Source: Basidiobolus meristosporus CBS 931.73 (lineage: Eukaryota; Fungi; Basidiobolomycota). From it: DNA of 64,000 nt. Position numbers and translations under genes: made by a program. This document shows positions 11,732 to 24,850 of this stretch, one piece after another. Within the stretch, counting starts at the first letter, position 1. Each line of letters starts with the position of its first letter. The stretch covers positions 29,995-93,994 of the forward strand of contig MCFE01000329.1 in NCBI GenBank assembly GCA_002104905.1, written 5' to 3'. The notes under the pieces were generated by a model, which saw only the letters and a list, made by a program, of their open reading frames with translations, made no database searches and had not been told where the DNA came from.

Positions 11732-12460
11732 CTACTGCGTCTCGAACATATGCTTGCCACGCTGTTGGAAGTCGGTCATGCCCTTGCCACTGCCGACCAC
11801 GCCGACCTTTCCTTCTGGCTCGGAAGGGGTGGCGAAGATGGATTTCTTGTTGATCGCACTGGACTTCTTCCCCTTTTTGTTGTTGGCGAACTTGAGCCAC
11901 GCCTGTTGTTTTACCGCGGTCTCCGAGGTCTTGCTTGGGGTTTTCTTCTTTTTCTTGCTGCTTGGGTCTTCTGGGAACACCTCCATACCTTGGTCGCGTT
12001 TTTTCTGGGATTTGTTGTTGAGCGGCTTGATGTCGTTCCCGGACACCACCTCGGTGTTACCATATCCTTTGAAGGTGACCGAGTAACTACCATCCCCGCC
12101 GATGGCGACAATGACTGCCTCGTAATACTGCTTGTCCGCGCTCCATTTGGCTTGACAAGTGTCACCTATCGTCCATTGATGATCGGAAAGTGGGATGGAG
12201 AAGGCAGAGACCTTTTGAGGCTTGGGAGTTGGATTGGTTGCCGGCTTCTCCGAAGATCCGGGTTTCTTCGCGGCTTTTGTCTGTGAGGCTGGGGCTTGGG
12301 ATGCCTGGGCTTGCTGCTGAAGAAAGCTCTCAGTCAACGTGATCAGATCGCCCAGATCTTGTTTCAGCTTGTTCAGCTCGGCATTCTCTGGGTCAGCTTG
12401 GAGTGCCGTGTTGACTTGATCTAGCTGGTATTGATATGAGGCGAGTTCTTCGGCGTTCAT
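11732..12460 (-). CDS. SPF30: Survival of motor neuron-related splicing factor 30 (Tudor domain)
   Basis: N-terminal EELASYQYQLDQVNTALQADPENAELNKLKQDLGDLI, Tudor CQAKWSADKQYYEAVI...TFKGYGNTE, C-terminal SIFATP..GKVGVVGSGKGMT. Confidence 0.92.
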   Translation of the reverse strand: MNAEELASYQYQLDQVNTALQADPENAELNKLKQDLGDLITLTESFLQQQAQASQAPASQTKAAKKPGSSEKPATNPTPKPQKVSAFSIPLSDHQWTIGDTCQAKWSADKQYYEAVIVAIGGDGSYSVTFKGYGNTEVVSGNDIKPLNNKSQKKRDQGMEVFPEDPSSKKKKKTPSKTSETAVKQQAWLKFANNKKGKKSSAINKKSIFATPSEPEGKVGVVGSGKGMTDFQQRGKHMFETQ

Positions 12461-12825
12461 TGTTCACGAATATTGCAGAGTAGCCTAGGTCAAGGGGAGG
12501 GGAAGGGGAAGGGGCACAAACTACCCTGCGTATCCAAGCATCACCCATGTGAATTTTTTCACCGCAGCTATGGCCAATAGGGTTAGGGCGCGATCATTAA
12601 GGAAGGTGGTTTATTAGGGTTAAGTAGGTTGGTTAAGCAAGAGGTGTGCAAATGTGTACAAATTGATCGAGAGTCCACTGATTAGGACATATAGGGAGAC
12701 TATAATGGAAGGTGGAAGATGCTCTATACATACTGGGCGCCATGGTTCTACACCCCACTTGTTGCAACCAAGATCGGCAAGCAAGCGGGCGCACAGGGTA
12801 ATTGTGATGGCGAGATGGTTGCTGA

Positions 12826-14127
12826 CTATCGCAATCGTCGCGAATCGTAGACGTCGTCTGGCAAATGTGCTGGGTCGATGAACGTATAATTGGTGTCACT
12901 CACTCGTCGTGCAACCACGTAGGAAAACGCTATTGCAACGTATGCCAGAGCCCAGTTGATACCCACAATAATCACTGGGACGACCGACACGAAATCTAGG
13001 TACCAAGACACCGCGGTGCCTGCTGATTGGACTGCCTTGTAGATTCCAACATATCGAGATAGGATCATGGCGTTGTTAGTTTGGGATCCTATTATCCAGT
13101 AGCACCAGGTCTGAAGCATGGCATCTGAAAACCCTGACAGAAGAAACAGCACCAGTATCTGCGTGTATCGATCATCAAGAATGTCCACCAGATCCTCCCC
13201 CGTTACATGGGTGTTGCTGATCTCCACAAGCAAACAGCCGAGCCATGTGGCGGTGTAGAAGAGTACGATGAACATCAGGCCCAGTGTGGCGCGCTTCGAG
13301 CGGGCAAACAGCGGGTTATCTAGGAATTGGCCAAATGTAAAGGCGCCGAGCATCTGGGACGCCCAATAGAATATGTTGTTGAACGTTCGAGTTCTGGGCG
13401 TAAAGAAGGTGCCATTGAGATCACCAAAACGATAGCTGTAGAACCAGTTGGAGTAAAAAAAGATAGGCCACAGCAGTAGGAGGCGACGGTTGGTGACGGC
13501 GCGAATTAGCTGCCGGACTTCATGAGAAAGGTTAAACCCGGTTTTCGAGGTTACTCTTGTGCCGTCCTCCCGAATCACTCTTGCCGGTGAAATGAGGAAG
13601 CAGGTTATGAAGACGCCGAACGCCATGAGGCTGAGAAAGCTTATGGTGACTATTTGGAAGTCGAAGTCGAGCAGTGGAAGAAACCCACCGATAAAGGCTC
13701 CCATGTTGAATAAAATCCAGAAAATCCCGAAGAAACGGCCTTTTTGGTTCTCCATAGGATAGGAGGTGATTATCATACCTGCTGCTGACCACAGCAGTGA
13801 CGAACCAAACCCAACTAGCACAGCACCGAAAATTGTCAGGGCGGTGTTTGCAATTCTTGTGTAAGTCCAAAGCAACAAGACGTACAGAATGTAGGTTAGC
13901 CCGGCAACTATTATGGATACCCTCGGGCCAAGCAAGTTGTTGACAGAGCCGGCCACTATTCCGGATACCGAGCAGCTGGCGTAAAGTGCAATATTAAGCT
14001 GCCTCGATATCTCGGAGCCAAGCGTACCTATGTCGCCTATACCGTAGTACACGTTATAAATACCCACCGTGAAGCAACAGACGAGGCCCAGGATGACTAG
14101 CTGGCTCAAAGGACTTTCCCATCGCAT
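12826..14127 (-). CDS. UNC-93-like MFS membrane protein
   Basis: Multi-TM protein with IALYASCSVSG, LLWSAAGMIITSYP.ENQKGRF and FYSNWFYSY, and YVGIYKAVQSAG. The likely start is MRWESPLSQ at 14127, not the upstream ORF ATG at 14427. Confidence 0.8.
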   Translation of the reverse strand: MRWESPLSQLVILGLVCCFTVGIYNVYYGIGDIGTLGSEISRQLNIALYASCSVSGIVAGSVNNLLGPRVSIIVAGLTYILYVLLLWTYTRIANTALTIFGAVLVGFGSSLLWSAAGMIITSYPMENQKGRFFGIFWILFNMGAFIGGFLPLLDFDFQIVTISFLSLMAFGVFITCFLISPARVIREDGTRVTSKTGFNLSHEVRQLIRAVTNRRLLLLWPIFFYSNWFYSYRFGDLNGTFFTPRTRTFNNIFYWASQMLGAFTFGQFLDNPLFARSKRATLGLMFIVLFYTATWLGCLLVEISNTHVTGEDLVDILDDRYTQILVLFLLSGFSDAMLQTWCYWIIGSQTNNAMILSRYVGIYKAVQSAGTAVSWYLDFVSVVPVIIVGINWALAYVAIAFSYVVARRVSDTNYTFIDPAHLPDDVYDSRRLR

Positions 14128-14511
14128 ATTTCGATGAATGAACTGGGCACCTTTAAAGTTAAAGTAAATTAGAAGAATTGAAGTTTCGAGATTTGACATC
14201 TGAGGCTTATATAGCCGCCTCTCTGGCGACCAATTGGCTCCAAAGGAAAATAAATGATGATGGCGATCGAGATCCTGTTTAGCGTATCGTTGAGGATGGC
14301 TCATTCTGCATCTTGAATACCCCGGGTGATCTCCTACTTGTTTGGGGAATTCCTTTCCTGCCGTTCCGACCGCATCGACTAACTCATGCCACACAATCGG
14401 CGAATCAATTAATCGCTCGCATGACATAATCGTCCACTGTACATGAATACAGACTGTGTGGAAGCCCTTTTTGTGTTTTAACCCACCTTACTTCTAAGCT
14501 CCAGTCTAACC

Positions 14512-15143
14512 ATGGCTAAATCCACTTTTCGAGCAACGACCTGGGATCCTATACTGATCATCAGCCAGATTGTTACCCTGCAATCCCTCTGTTACTTGTC
14601 TGCCTCCCTCATCATTCTAATCGTTGATGGCCTTACCGGCGCTGATATTACCTTGGATAATTTGCTGAATTTTAGAGAATACAGAGGGGACACTATCTTC
14701 GGATGGACTCTTACTGCCGGATGGCTAGCTAATTCAGTGTTTGGGTAAACCCGGTCCAATCGTATTTCTACTCCGCCCTATTCTAATCTCTATACAGGGT
14801 TTTTCTGTTGCTTCACATCGTCGAGCGTGCCAAGTTATGCTTGGACTTCACCATCACGTTTCACTTCTTCCACTTCCTCTTTACGTCCATGTACTCGCAA
14901 CAAATCCCCTCCTACTTCATGTGGTGGGCATTGAATGTCGTGTCTTGCTGCCTCATGAGTATTGGTGGTGAGTGGATGTGTATGCGGAAAGAGATGGCAC
15001 CTATCCAGTTGGGCGGGGGTTCTTCTAGCGAGGCTAGTAGCAGTCGTACAAAAGACGACAGAAAGCGACGCAAGACCTCTTCTCCTACTTACGAAATGGT
15101 GCCTTTAGAAGAGGTTGCAGAAGACAGGCGTTCTGGAAATTAG
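14512..15143 (+). CDS. SYS1: Golgi integral membrane protein Sys1, two exons (intron 14745-14797)
   Basis: FRATTWDPILIISQIVTLQSLCY and IVERAKLCLDF..T.HFFH motifs. The GT..AG splice restores FGVFLLLHIVER. Confidence 0.92.
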
Positions 15144-15629
15144 GCACCCAGTCCAACCCTCAACAGTGTACATACAGTGCCATTTACATTATAATTCACT
15201 TTCGTATAAGACTGCTCCTTCCTGACCTTTAAACCTGACAGTATTTACTTCACTATCTTGCTAGTCCCCTACACCTTCTAGTACCTGAGCATGTATACCA
15301 TTTGATGTATACATGATATAAAGAGACAGATACAGATACAGACATAGACAACACTAATTTGAATGCATTAATCTGTGGCAAACGCATAGCTTTGCTAATT
15401 CCGTGGATAGTATCAGCACTAAAATACGAAATGCACACGAGATGGCGATCACTGGTTATTGGACAAGGTTGAGGCGGTTTCATTTCGCATACAAACTTGG
15501 GCTGTCTATTGAATAGGTGTGTTTAATAAACTGGTTTTCTTCGTTCGACATTCCTATCGACAGAAAGAGAATGGATACATGCAATGAAAAGTGGAGGAAA
15601 TGTATACGCATAGGTGTGGTATGAAAAGC

Positions 15630-16112
15630 TTATTTTCCAAGACGCTTTCTCAAAGCACGAGTATTCTTTCGAAGCTTCTTATATTTGTGCTTGTTCATCT
15701 TGAGCTTTCTCTTTCTCAAGATACTAGTCATCAGCAGAGTTTCCTTGGGGGCTTCTGGCGTCTGATACTTTTGCTTAATGGCCTCTAGAAAGTCGATTGC
15801 TTTCTTCTGTTGACTTTCCGCTTGTAAAACATTGTTTCTCGCAGGGGTGGTCATCAAAGGCGAGACGTTCAGCGAGCTCCACCCTAAGAAATAAGAAAGA
15901 TTTCGTTAGACTCGTGAGACGCAGCGGAAACTAGTACTCGAAACTTGTGGGTGCGCATGTTCGGATAGCATACCTTCTACAGATCCTTGGAAACGGGAAA
16001 TAACACTTGTAGGTTTGAAGGAGGGTACGGCGGAGGGGGTTGAGTAAAAGGCCCTTAAGGCGCCCTTAGGAGCCTGGGTGACACATGATAGTACACGGTT
16101 TAAGAGGCTCAT
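15630..16112 (-). CDS. COX24: Mitochondrial ribosomal protein mS38/Cox24 (DUF1713), two exons
   Basis: C-terminal TSILRKRKLKMNKHKYKKLRK signature. Exon 1 encodes an Arg/Ser-rich mitochondrial presequence-like N-terminus. Confidence 0.8.
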
Positions 16113-16337
16113 GCTTAAAGTCTATGTAGACGGGTGAGAACTATCGCAAAGTGCAAGTCTACGAGCCTCTTGAATATACAAAAATTTTCCCTCTCCACAC
16201 TTGACAAAAGAGTAACTTCATCATATCACGTGAGGATGGGGATCAGGAAGCAAGAATCGATATTTATTCATAGTAATTATAAAGCTAAAATGGATTTTAC
16301 CAACACTAAGATAGATCATCACTGGCTTATTAGGTCG

Positions 16338-16847
16338 TCAATGCGCCTGGTTGGCAGCGTTTTGAGCCTGATTTCCAACCTGGCGAGCAGTATCTGCAGC
16401 CGTCTCCGAGGCGGCCTCGGCCTTTGGGTAAACCCATTGATAAAATCTACGAAGTATGTCGATGCCAAACTTAAAGCTTTGATAGGTGCCCAACCCAAGT
16501 AGTGCTATGAACGCTGCAGTCAACAACACGGGGAGCAATACTAAGCTTCCAACTCCGAGAAAGGCTCCGATGGTGGTGATGGAGCCTGCAGTGGCCACGC
16601 CTACCGTTCCCAAGATCACAACACCCGCATAGCCAACAAATAGAATGATGGGGATTGCCGATAGAATAAGCAGGCCGTAGCCGTATTTCCTTATCAAAGG
16701 GGACCTCTCTGCATAATCCACGTATGAACCAACCATCTCTTGGGTCTTGTCTTTCATGTTGTCGTAGCTCTCCTTGGTGTGATGAAGGATCCGGTGAGCT
16801 TTTTCCTGGACATCTTTGCCGGTCTCCTTGGGGTTAATCTGGGACAT
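16338..16847 (-). CDS. Promethin/LDAF1-like lipid-droplet hairpin protein
   Basis: Long central hydrophobic hairpin (LLILSAIPIILFVGY...LLPVLLTAAFIALLGLG) flanked by polar helices. Probable start MSQINPK at 16847. Confidence 0.65.
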   Translation of the reverse strand: MSQINPKETGKDVQEKAHRILHHTKESYDNMKDKTQEMVGSYVDYAERSPLIRKYGYGLLILSAIPIILFVGYAGVVILGTVGVATAGSITTIGAFLGVGSLVLLPVLLTAAFIALLGLGTYQSFKFGIDILRRFYQWVYPKAEAASETAADTARQVGNQAQNAANQAH

Positions 16848-17762
16848 TTGGAGGATGGTAGAGAAATGATATTTGGTGCCTTCCACCGACAGTATTTAAG
16901 CCAATCTTCAGACCTACTTCATCACTGCACTCACCGAGACTTTGAATGAATCATTAATTTGTGCTGATGGTGTACATTGATCGTTTTGATGATAGATGGA
17001 TTTTTATAGGTGTTTCCATTTACCTTGCTGAACCCATCTCCACGTCCTTGATGGCATGATGGCTCCAAGATAAGGTCTTGAAGCCTATTCTACAGATTGA
17101 CGCATTTGCTGACTGGGAATAACCATGTATTCGTTACAGGTCTTATTCACTGGCTGGCACTACGGTCCTCATTCGCTGGCTGGGAACAATCATGTATTCG
17201 TTACAGATCATTGCAGGCCATTCCACTGATTGACATATTCCTTACTCCACTAAGAACAGCTTGTTGTTGGTAGGATTGCTTTCATCTCATCCAGCCACCG
17301 GTACAGATCCGATCAATCATATGACTGAATGTATGCGTTGGTCATGTAGTGTTTTGGCAGTAGAAACTTGGATCCAGGGCACCCTAGCCTCCCTACTATT
17401 CCCTGCAGTATCTTACGAAGTAGCAACATAAACGTTATTCTATTCGAAATCCGAGCGAGCCCCAGTTTGCCTGATGGATGGGCTTAGTGTTGAGGCAGTC
17501 GGTCTAGTCCACTCCCAGATATATGATTTATTTCCTTTTTAGATGCTATTTGCTATATATGCTGTTGGTTGAGCATACATCTCAATTTAGCCTGACCTCC
17601 CCTTATTCTGTCTTTAACTTGGAGCCGTGGCAAGACTAGAAACATCCTTTTTAAGTGGCTCTGTTTCGTCTTTTACTCACTGCTATCACTCATATATACC
17701 GAACGACATATTACTCCTCTTGGCTCTAAAGGTCCCTACTTTAAGCCTTCACTTCGGTTGGC

Positions 17763-20700
17763 ATGCTTCAATTCCTTCAGTCTTACCAAAAGCGCACGTC
17801 TAGTAAAAATGCGCCTCATTCGCCAGGAAGCAAACCACCTGTTGCCTCACTCAGAAGAAAAGTCAAGGAAATCAACAAGGCCCCCAATGTTCGTCAGTTG
17901 TTTTGCAGTTTGTACGGCTTCTAGTTTCTAAACCCCTACTTTTATAGGCGAAAATTAAGCATATAATTGGCTTGACCACCAGCCAGAACTCTGCTTTTGC
18001 TGTGCATCCTTCCCAGGATATCATAGCATATTCGGCGGGTTGTGTAGTGGTACTCTATAATTTTAAGAAAAACAAACAGATACTGTTCTTACAAGCTATT
18101 GGTGCGCCAATTCAACAACCGAATGTTACGGCAGAGACCAACAAAAATGCTTTTGGGGTTTCTATCATCCCCACCACGCCCAAAAATACGTCCCAGACGA
18201 AGAAAGCCTTGGCGAATGCACCCAAGACTATATCTTGTCTAACCTTTTCGCCAGACGGGAACTACTTGGCTGTTGGAGAGGTGATTTATGGCCGACTATA
18301 TCATATGAATAAGGCGTTTCTCACATCTATTAGTCAGGTTACCGACCTCGTGTATTGGTTTGGGATTGGCAGGTGTCAATCATTGTATGTGAATTGTTGG
18401 GCCATAAATTTGGCGTCTCCACTGTATCATTTTCGCCAGACATGAGATATTTAGTCTCTATTGGGTTCCAGGTAAAAGTTCCACATACTTACTACCTCTC
18501 ATGGCCTTACTAAATCGATTTTTGTTGCAACTGCACAGCACGATGGATTTCTCTACGCCTGGGATTGGAGAGTGGGTGCGATGCTAGCATCCAACAAAAT
18601 TACATCCAAGGTACCTCTGAACATCAATCATTCTGATCCCTTTGAACCAGATGATTAAGTCGACTTGTATCAATTAGATATCAGCATTGGCATTTTCAAA
18701 GGGAGGCTCTTATTGTATAACAGCTGGGCTTCGACACATCAAGTACTGGTATTTTGATACACAAGGAAATAGTAATACTCTGGTAATTATTTTCCATGAG
18801 ACTTTGATGATGTTTGAAAAGACTAATCGCCGTACTAGTCATCAAGAGTGATGATAGGCCGCTCCGGGATACTTTCCACCCTTAGTAATAATACATTCAT
18901 CGATGTTGCATGCGGCAAAGATAGTGATGGAAGTGAAGTGATGTATTCGATAACTTCCAGCGGGCTTTTATGCCAATTTAGTGAAGAGAGAGTAGTTCAG
19001 AAATGGATAAATTTACAAGTAAGTCTTTTGTGGATGCCTTTGGCCAAGTACTTGCATCTGACAGCTCTGGACAGGTTAAGCGAGCATATTCAATATGTGT
19101 AGATGACAGATATATTGTATGCGGGTGTGAAAATGGAATTATTCGGTACGACTCTGTGGTATAGACGGACCCGGCAATATCCTTAATAATTTCCTGTCAG
19201 GTTATTTGAGCCGGTGACACTAAAGTATCTTGGGACCCTTCCAAGGCCACACCAACTAGATGTCGATGTAACTTCTCCAAGGTAATCTTCAGCTATGTAA
19301 AAGGCATCTTGTGTGGTATAGCTAACACCCCTTATAGTTACCAGCCTAGCCCTGAAGGCGTATATCCGAACGTAATCGCCGTAAAATTAACTTCGAACAG
19401 CGAGAAAATTGCGTGTATTTACAGCGATCGCAGTATGTTCATATGGGATATCAAAAATTTGGAGCGTGTTGGGAAGTACAGGAGCTTTCTTTACCACACG
19501 AATTGTATATGGAGCGTCGAGGTAGCAAAGCGTAGCTTTCGGTTTGCATTAATGGCATACTAATACAGTGCTACTTAGACCTACCCTACTGTAACATATC
19601 CGGCTGGCTCACTCGATTCACATATTCCACTCAATAGCTTTGCTACGTGCTCTTCGGATGGCACAATTAGATTCTGGAATTTAGAACATCTCCATTCTTC
19701 AGCATCAGTAACCTCCCCAGTGGTTTCTCCAACTAGCCCAGGTCCAACCGTATCACACCGTGGAAACATATACAGCCGAGAGCTGATGCATATGCTATTC
19801 GTAGACCAGTATCACCCCGTAATATCAGAAAAATTCGAAGGTACTTTCTACTCTATTGTTTATATGCTGCTTTTCTAACCATTTCCGATCATAGATCCCG
19901 GAGAACTTGCAAATACCGCTTCAAGAGTAAACAATGCAGTGATTCGTTCCATCAAGATTAGTGCAGATGGCCGATATCTTGCTTCAGGCGACAAAGAGGG
20001 TAATTTGAGGTCAGTTATATGCATTCTTTGGCTTTGGCAGTGCTGGGTGGAAGCGAATGGGCTAAATCGACTTCTATCAGGATTCACGATTTACGCTCTA
20101 TGGAGCAAATTGCATATCAAGAAGCCCATAACGGAGATATACTGACAATTGATTTCTCAAATCCAACTACTTCAGGTAATGCTGAATTCAAACGAGCACT
20201 GGTCATGTTTCAGATACTGAGAATCTTATTTAGGCTTTCCATCAATGGTTGCCACAGCAGGCCGAGATAGGTTGATTCACATCTTCGATGTGAGGAATTC
20301 TTTCGTACCTATACAGACTTTGGATGATCACTCTGCAGCAATCACCTCGCTTAAGTTCTCGGGTGAAGGAGGAACCCTGGTGAGCTCTAGTGCCGACAAA
20401 AGTATTATCTTCCGAAAAGTCATGCCGGTAAATTTCTATGGTGTAGGTTCGCATGGAAGACGGCTCACTAACTTTTCTCTCAGAATCTAGAAGCCCCTTA
20501 TTTTACCAGCTATCAGAACCATTGTACCAAAGCCTCTGTATACGATATGGATTTGGATTCCACAAAATCTATCATAGCCTCAGTGACGCAAGACAAGCGG
20601 ATTCATCTGTTTGGTGTAGAGTCCGGAAAAGTAGAGAAATCTCATCGCCCCGAATCGCTTGATGAAAACACTCCGGACACGAACATTCTGAAAATTTCCT

Positions 20701-22710
20701 TGGATCCTTCGGGGTCGTTTGTTGCTACATGCTGCTCTGACAAGAGTATTCGCATCTTTGACGTTTATAATGGCAATTTGGTTGCAAAGCTCTACGGGCA
20801 TTCTGAGCAAGTGACTTCCATCAAATTTTCTCAAGACTGTACGAGCCTGATCTCCACCGCAGGTGATGGATGCATTTTTATATGGTCACTGAGCTCTACC
20901 ATCACCAAACAGATGCTTAAGACTCGGAAGCTCTTGACTTCTGATGCGGAGTATGGATCCACTAATGCGGAAGGGACTCTACTCCAATGTCCTCCAAAGG
21001 GACTAACAAAGATCAAGTCAATGGATAATCTGCAGCGTGACCAAGAGGCAGCCAAGATCAAGGATTTGGATATAATCATGGATCCTCGGAGAGGAGGGAG
21101 TGTTCCACGACGTAAGGTATCCGAAGATAGTGTTGAAAGTAACTCAATTAACTCTAGAACAAATAGTCCTGAGGTAAGTTTCATTAGTTGAATTTGGGTG
21201 GCCATTTAGTGTTAACCTCCATTGTATCAGAGCATCTCTAAACTGGCTCGCAGAATCAATTTTCCTGGAATCAATTATACTCTGGATTCCTCAAATGTTG
21301 GCTCAACATTTGATCCGGCTAAAGCCCCTTGCCTACAATCGGCGTCACAATCAAGCACGGATGAAGAAGATATAACGCCCACAGATACTTTGGAGTCTTC
21401 GGAGGATGAAGGATGTGACGAGATGATCTATCTAGAGTCCCCTGATGATAAGTCACCAGCTCCGGTTACATATGAATTCACAATCGAGGAAACCAAGCCG
21501 GCCGATCTCGAGCACAGCTTAGCTGAGGAAGAAACAGTCGAAGAAAGCCAAATTCCAGAAAATGCGACGGAGTCTGAGGAAGAGGACTCTTTCGAGACTC
21601 CGGAGAAGTTCTTGGAGGAGCTCTTCGATTCCACCCAGGACCCAGACATTTCAAGGCGAGCAAGTCATAGACAAAGCATGAGCGCACGCTTTTTGTCCTC
21701 TTCCTCGACTGTCACGCTGAAAAGTATACTTGCAAACATCCCGGAACAGGACCCTAAAGAAACAAATGTGACAGAAGCTCATTCGAAGCTGTGCGGCTCC
21801 CCGGTAGTATACATATACGTTCAATCCGTTCAGTAAGCGTCCTTACTAAATCATTCTGCCTTTGGTGTAGATTACTGCTTCCCCTGTTACTCCTAAAAAG
21901 GAGAGACCTTCGAGACATTGGCGTAAGCGTTCTTGCTCGCTGGATTTCCCTATTGACACCTCGGATACTTTCGAAATCATGACTCCACCACGACGCAACA
22001 GGACAGATCAAGAGCTTGAGCATCCCAGGAGAATTTTAAAAAATACCGGCTTACTAACAGTAAATACTTCCAGACGAGATTACTCTCCGAAGAGTCTTTC
22101 GCCAATACCATCACCCCGTATGCGACAAATAACACCAAGAAAAGTAACCACGTCCCAAGAGCCTGGGCGAACAAACAGAGAAGCCAAGGATGTAGACGAT
22201 AAAGTGGATTCAACCACCAGGTCTCTTCAAGCACTAAGTAGGATCTTGCATCTACAACGCAGCCTGAGCCAAGCACTTGACACCCATCGACACCTATTCC
22301 AATCCTCTCGTAGTAGCAGTACGGAGGATGACTTGGTCAAGCAAGCCTCTCGGGGATTAGCTAATTTACGACAACAGATCGATACCAATCTTCCAAAACA
22401 AGGGGTAAATTCACCGAAACCACCAAACGCCAAAAATGCGCTAGGTGTTCAAGTAGATGATGGACCCTCAGCCTCAGAAAATCGGAACCGAGCTCAATCC
22501 AGGGCGGATTCGGAGGATTCTGGAGCGATAGAGTCGGAGTCGAACTGGACAGAGAATACGGACCAAGAAGGGAGCCTTAACTCTACCCCCCTGACCCCGG
22601 TATATCCCGGCTTCAATGACGTACTAGAGAAGTATTCAGATTTGCTGGTGAAAATGGTGGAAGAAAAAATGGAGCGCTCCATGTCTGATAAGAAGGCTAC
22701 AGCGGAATGA
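17763..22710 (+). CDS. WD40-repeat protein of the MAPKBP1/WDR62 family, intron-rich (start codon uncertain, 17763 or 17810)
   Basis: Exons give HIIGLTT..SAFAVHP..DIIAYSAGCVVVLYN, IKISADGRYLASGDKEGN, ATAGRDRLIHIF and LDPSG.FVATCCSDK. The C-terminus VLEKYSDLLVKMVEEKM matches the WDR62/MAPKBP1 terminal helix. Many GT-AG introns. Confidence 0.85.
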
Positions 22711-23289
22711 TGGCCATTGAAGAGCAAAGTGTATTTTATTGTTACAATTAGATTATGATCCCTAATAAAGTCAACCATCCATCATAATTCACTCGGATTG
22801 TTGATTGTGTACCCAGGGTTGGGAGGTCAATCTAAGAAGCAGACGTCGGAGCTATTACACAACCGACGGAGAGTGCCGTTGTTTAGGTGGATCATCAACA
22901 AGACGTTAGGGATTTTTCCACATGAGTTGTTTGTTTTGGCCATATTTTAACGAATATCAACGATATGACGCTAATATTCGAGGCATCCATCCCCCATCAA
23001 TCGGAAGTTATCTTGCCAACAGAAATATGCAAGATTTGTTGATCTCCATGTCTTGTCTAACATTCAGTGGAGAAGCAGCTTAGATCGCATTGTCAAACAA
23101 GCTCTTTTATTGTGGCTTAATATATCTGACCGCTTGGATGACTGCATGCTCTGTGGAGTCAACACATAAAAAGTCCACAGCACCCCGGATTTTTGCCATT
23201 GATCACCTTTCTTCACTAAATTGTGTTCGTCTCGTTCGGCCTTCGATCTGAGTCTGCTAGAAACCCCCCCCCCCTCAATAGACATTAAC

Positions 23290-24699
23290 ATGGCAAACAC
23301 CGATATTTTAGAACAGTTAGAGCAGCTCAAGTACTTCTTGGCCACAGCCCCCGCCAATTGGAGATCAGAGCAGGCCATCCGGAAATTCATGCTTCCCAAT
23401 GGCGAATATGTTTCCTGCATCCTGTGGAAGAACCTCTTTCATATCACAGGCACCGACATAGTAAGGTGCTTGGTGTTTCGGTTCCAGGCGTTCGGACGCC
23501 CTGTCAAAAACATCAAAAAGTTCGAAGAGGGGATCTTCAGTGATCTTCGTAATTTGAAACCTGGCATCGATGCGACTCTTGAGGAGCCCAGGTCGGAATT
23601 CCTGGAGATGCTCTACAAAAACAACTGCATCCGAACCCAAAAGAAACAAAAAGTCTTCTATTGGTATTCGGTGCCACATGATCGACTCTTCATGGATGCC
23701 CTCGAGAGAGACCTGAAGCGGGAAGCCTTGGGTGCTGAGCCAACCACGGTCCCGCTGAATTCTCAACAATCGAATCCTTATCCCTTGGTAGCCTCTTCCC
23801 CATCATCGTTCCATTACTCTGCTCTGAGCGTGGACCCCGAGTCGGTGAGCAACCCCGAGCTTGCAAACAGCTCTTTTGCTGGTCAGGTTCCGAGGACCTG
23901 TGGGGAGTTTGTGCAGGAAACATCTACTGAGCAAGATCTCCTGAATGCGATAGATCAGTCCATGGATAGCTGGATATCCTCAGGCACCTGCACCAACTCG
24001 TCACTTGTCAACCAGGTAGACCCCTCAGGTGAGTTTGAGCCATCGAGCACCAGTACCATTGGCTATCCCGCCAAGCAATACACCCCTGATACTCCAAGTT
24101 CGTTGAGCCAAAGCAGCAATTTCTTTCCTACGCCTGAGCCATCCTTCACAAGATACAATGACGAGGAGCATGCCAAGTCCGATTTGGAAAGAGAGGATTT
24201 GCTACTGAGTGCAGCCTTTTCCAGCCACGAGTTTCCGCTCAGCCATTCAGATCTCCAGTTCCCGGTGGATGTCTTTCCCACGCTTCCCATGAACCCAGTC
24301 TTCAACATGCTCCATGGGCTTGAGGGATCCCCCAGCTATAAGCAGCGCAGAAAGAACATGATCTTAAATCAAGGAGCCTGGGGAAGCCCGTATCCCAACC
24401 CTTACATGAGTCTGAATTCGGCAGACTTGAGGAAAGAAGCAAGGTCCCCTCATTCAAGGTCAGAACTCTACTCCAGGAAACTCAGAGGCTATGACCAAAG
24501 ATACGCCAGCAACTTCGCCGATACCAAGCCATTCGTATGCCCGATGGAGAACTGCAACCAAGGCTTCTCACAGTTGGACCAATTTCATCAGCACCTACGG
24601 ACACACACTGATGAGACATTCACTGTCACCTCCCCAGCATCGAATATACTCCTGAATGAGCTGGATTTGGGCGACTCGACCTCGCCTCTACTATTGTAA
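23290..24699 (+). CDS. STE12: STE12-like transcription factor with a C-terminal C2H2 finger
   Basis: STE domain LKYFLATAPANW...FHITGTDIVR.L.FRFQAFGR...KKFEEGIFSDLRNLKPG...RTQKKQKVFYWYSVPHDRLF.DALERDL. Finger CPMENCNQGFSQLDQFHQHLRTH. Intronless. Confidence 0.93.
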   Translation: MANTDILEQLEQLKYFLATAPANWRSEQAIRKFMLPNGEYVSCILWKNLFHITGTDIVRCLVFRFQAFGRPVKNIKKFEEGIFSDLRNLKPGIDATLEEPRSEFLEMLYKNNCIRTQKKQKVFYWYSVPHDRLFMDALERDLKREALGAEPTTVPLNSQQSNPYPLVASSPSSFHYSALSVDPESVSNPELANSSFAGQVPRTCGEFVQETSTEQDLLNAIDQSMDSWISSGTCTNSSLVNQVDPSGEFEPSSTSTIGYPAKQYTPDTPSSLSQSSNFFPTPEPSFTRYNDEEHAKSDLEREDLLLSAAFSSHEFPLSHSDLQFPVDVFPTLPMNPVFNMLHGLEGSPSYKQRRKNMILNQGAWGSPYPNPYMSLNSADLRKEARSPHSRSELYSRKLRGYDQRYASNFADTKPFVCPMENCNQGFSQLDQFHQHLRTHTDETFTVTSPASNILLNELDLGDSTSPLLL

Positions 24700-24850
24700 T
24701 CCACCTCACACACCATCCCGCCCTTTTTGATGTATATACCGTTTAGATAGTCTAGGTTTGATTGATTCATTCATGCTAGTAGAGTAGTTAATTTACCTGA
24801 ATAAATTGCTTAATTATGAGAAAATTCCCATCCACTGCCTTTCTCTGCGA

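Noticed and set aside
12578-12621. TTAGGG motifs upstream of SPF30 as an interstitial telomere
   Set aside because: Only two or three isolated hexamers. At most these are Tbf1/telobox-type promoter sites, which cannot be supported from sequence alone.
14128-14427. 100-aa N-terminal extension of the UNC-93-like ORF
   Set aside because: It has no family resemblance and lies in the short divergent promoter shared with SYS1. Homology starts at MRWESP.
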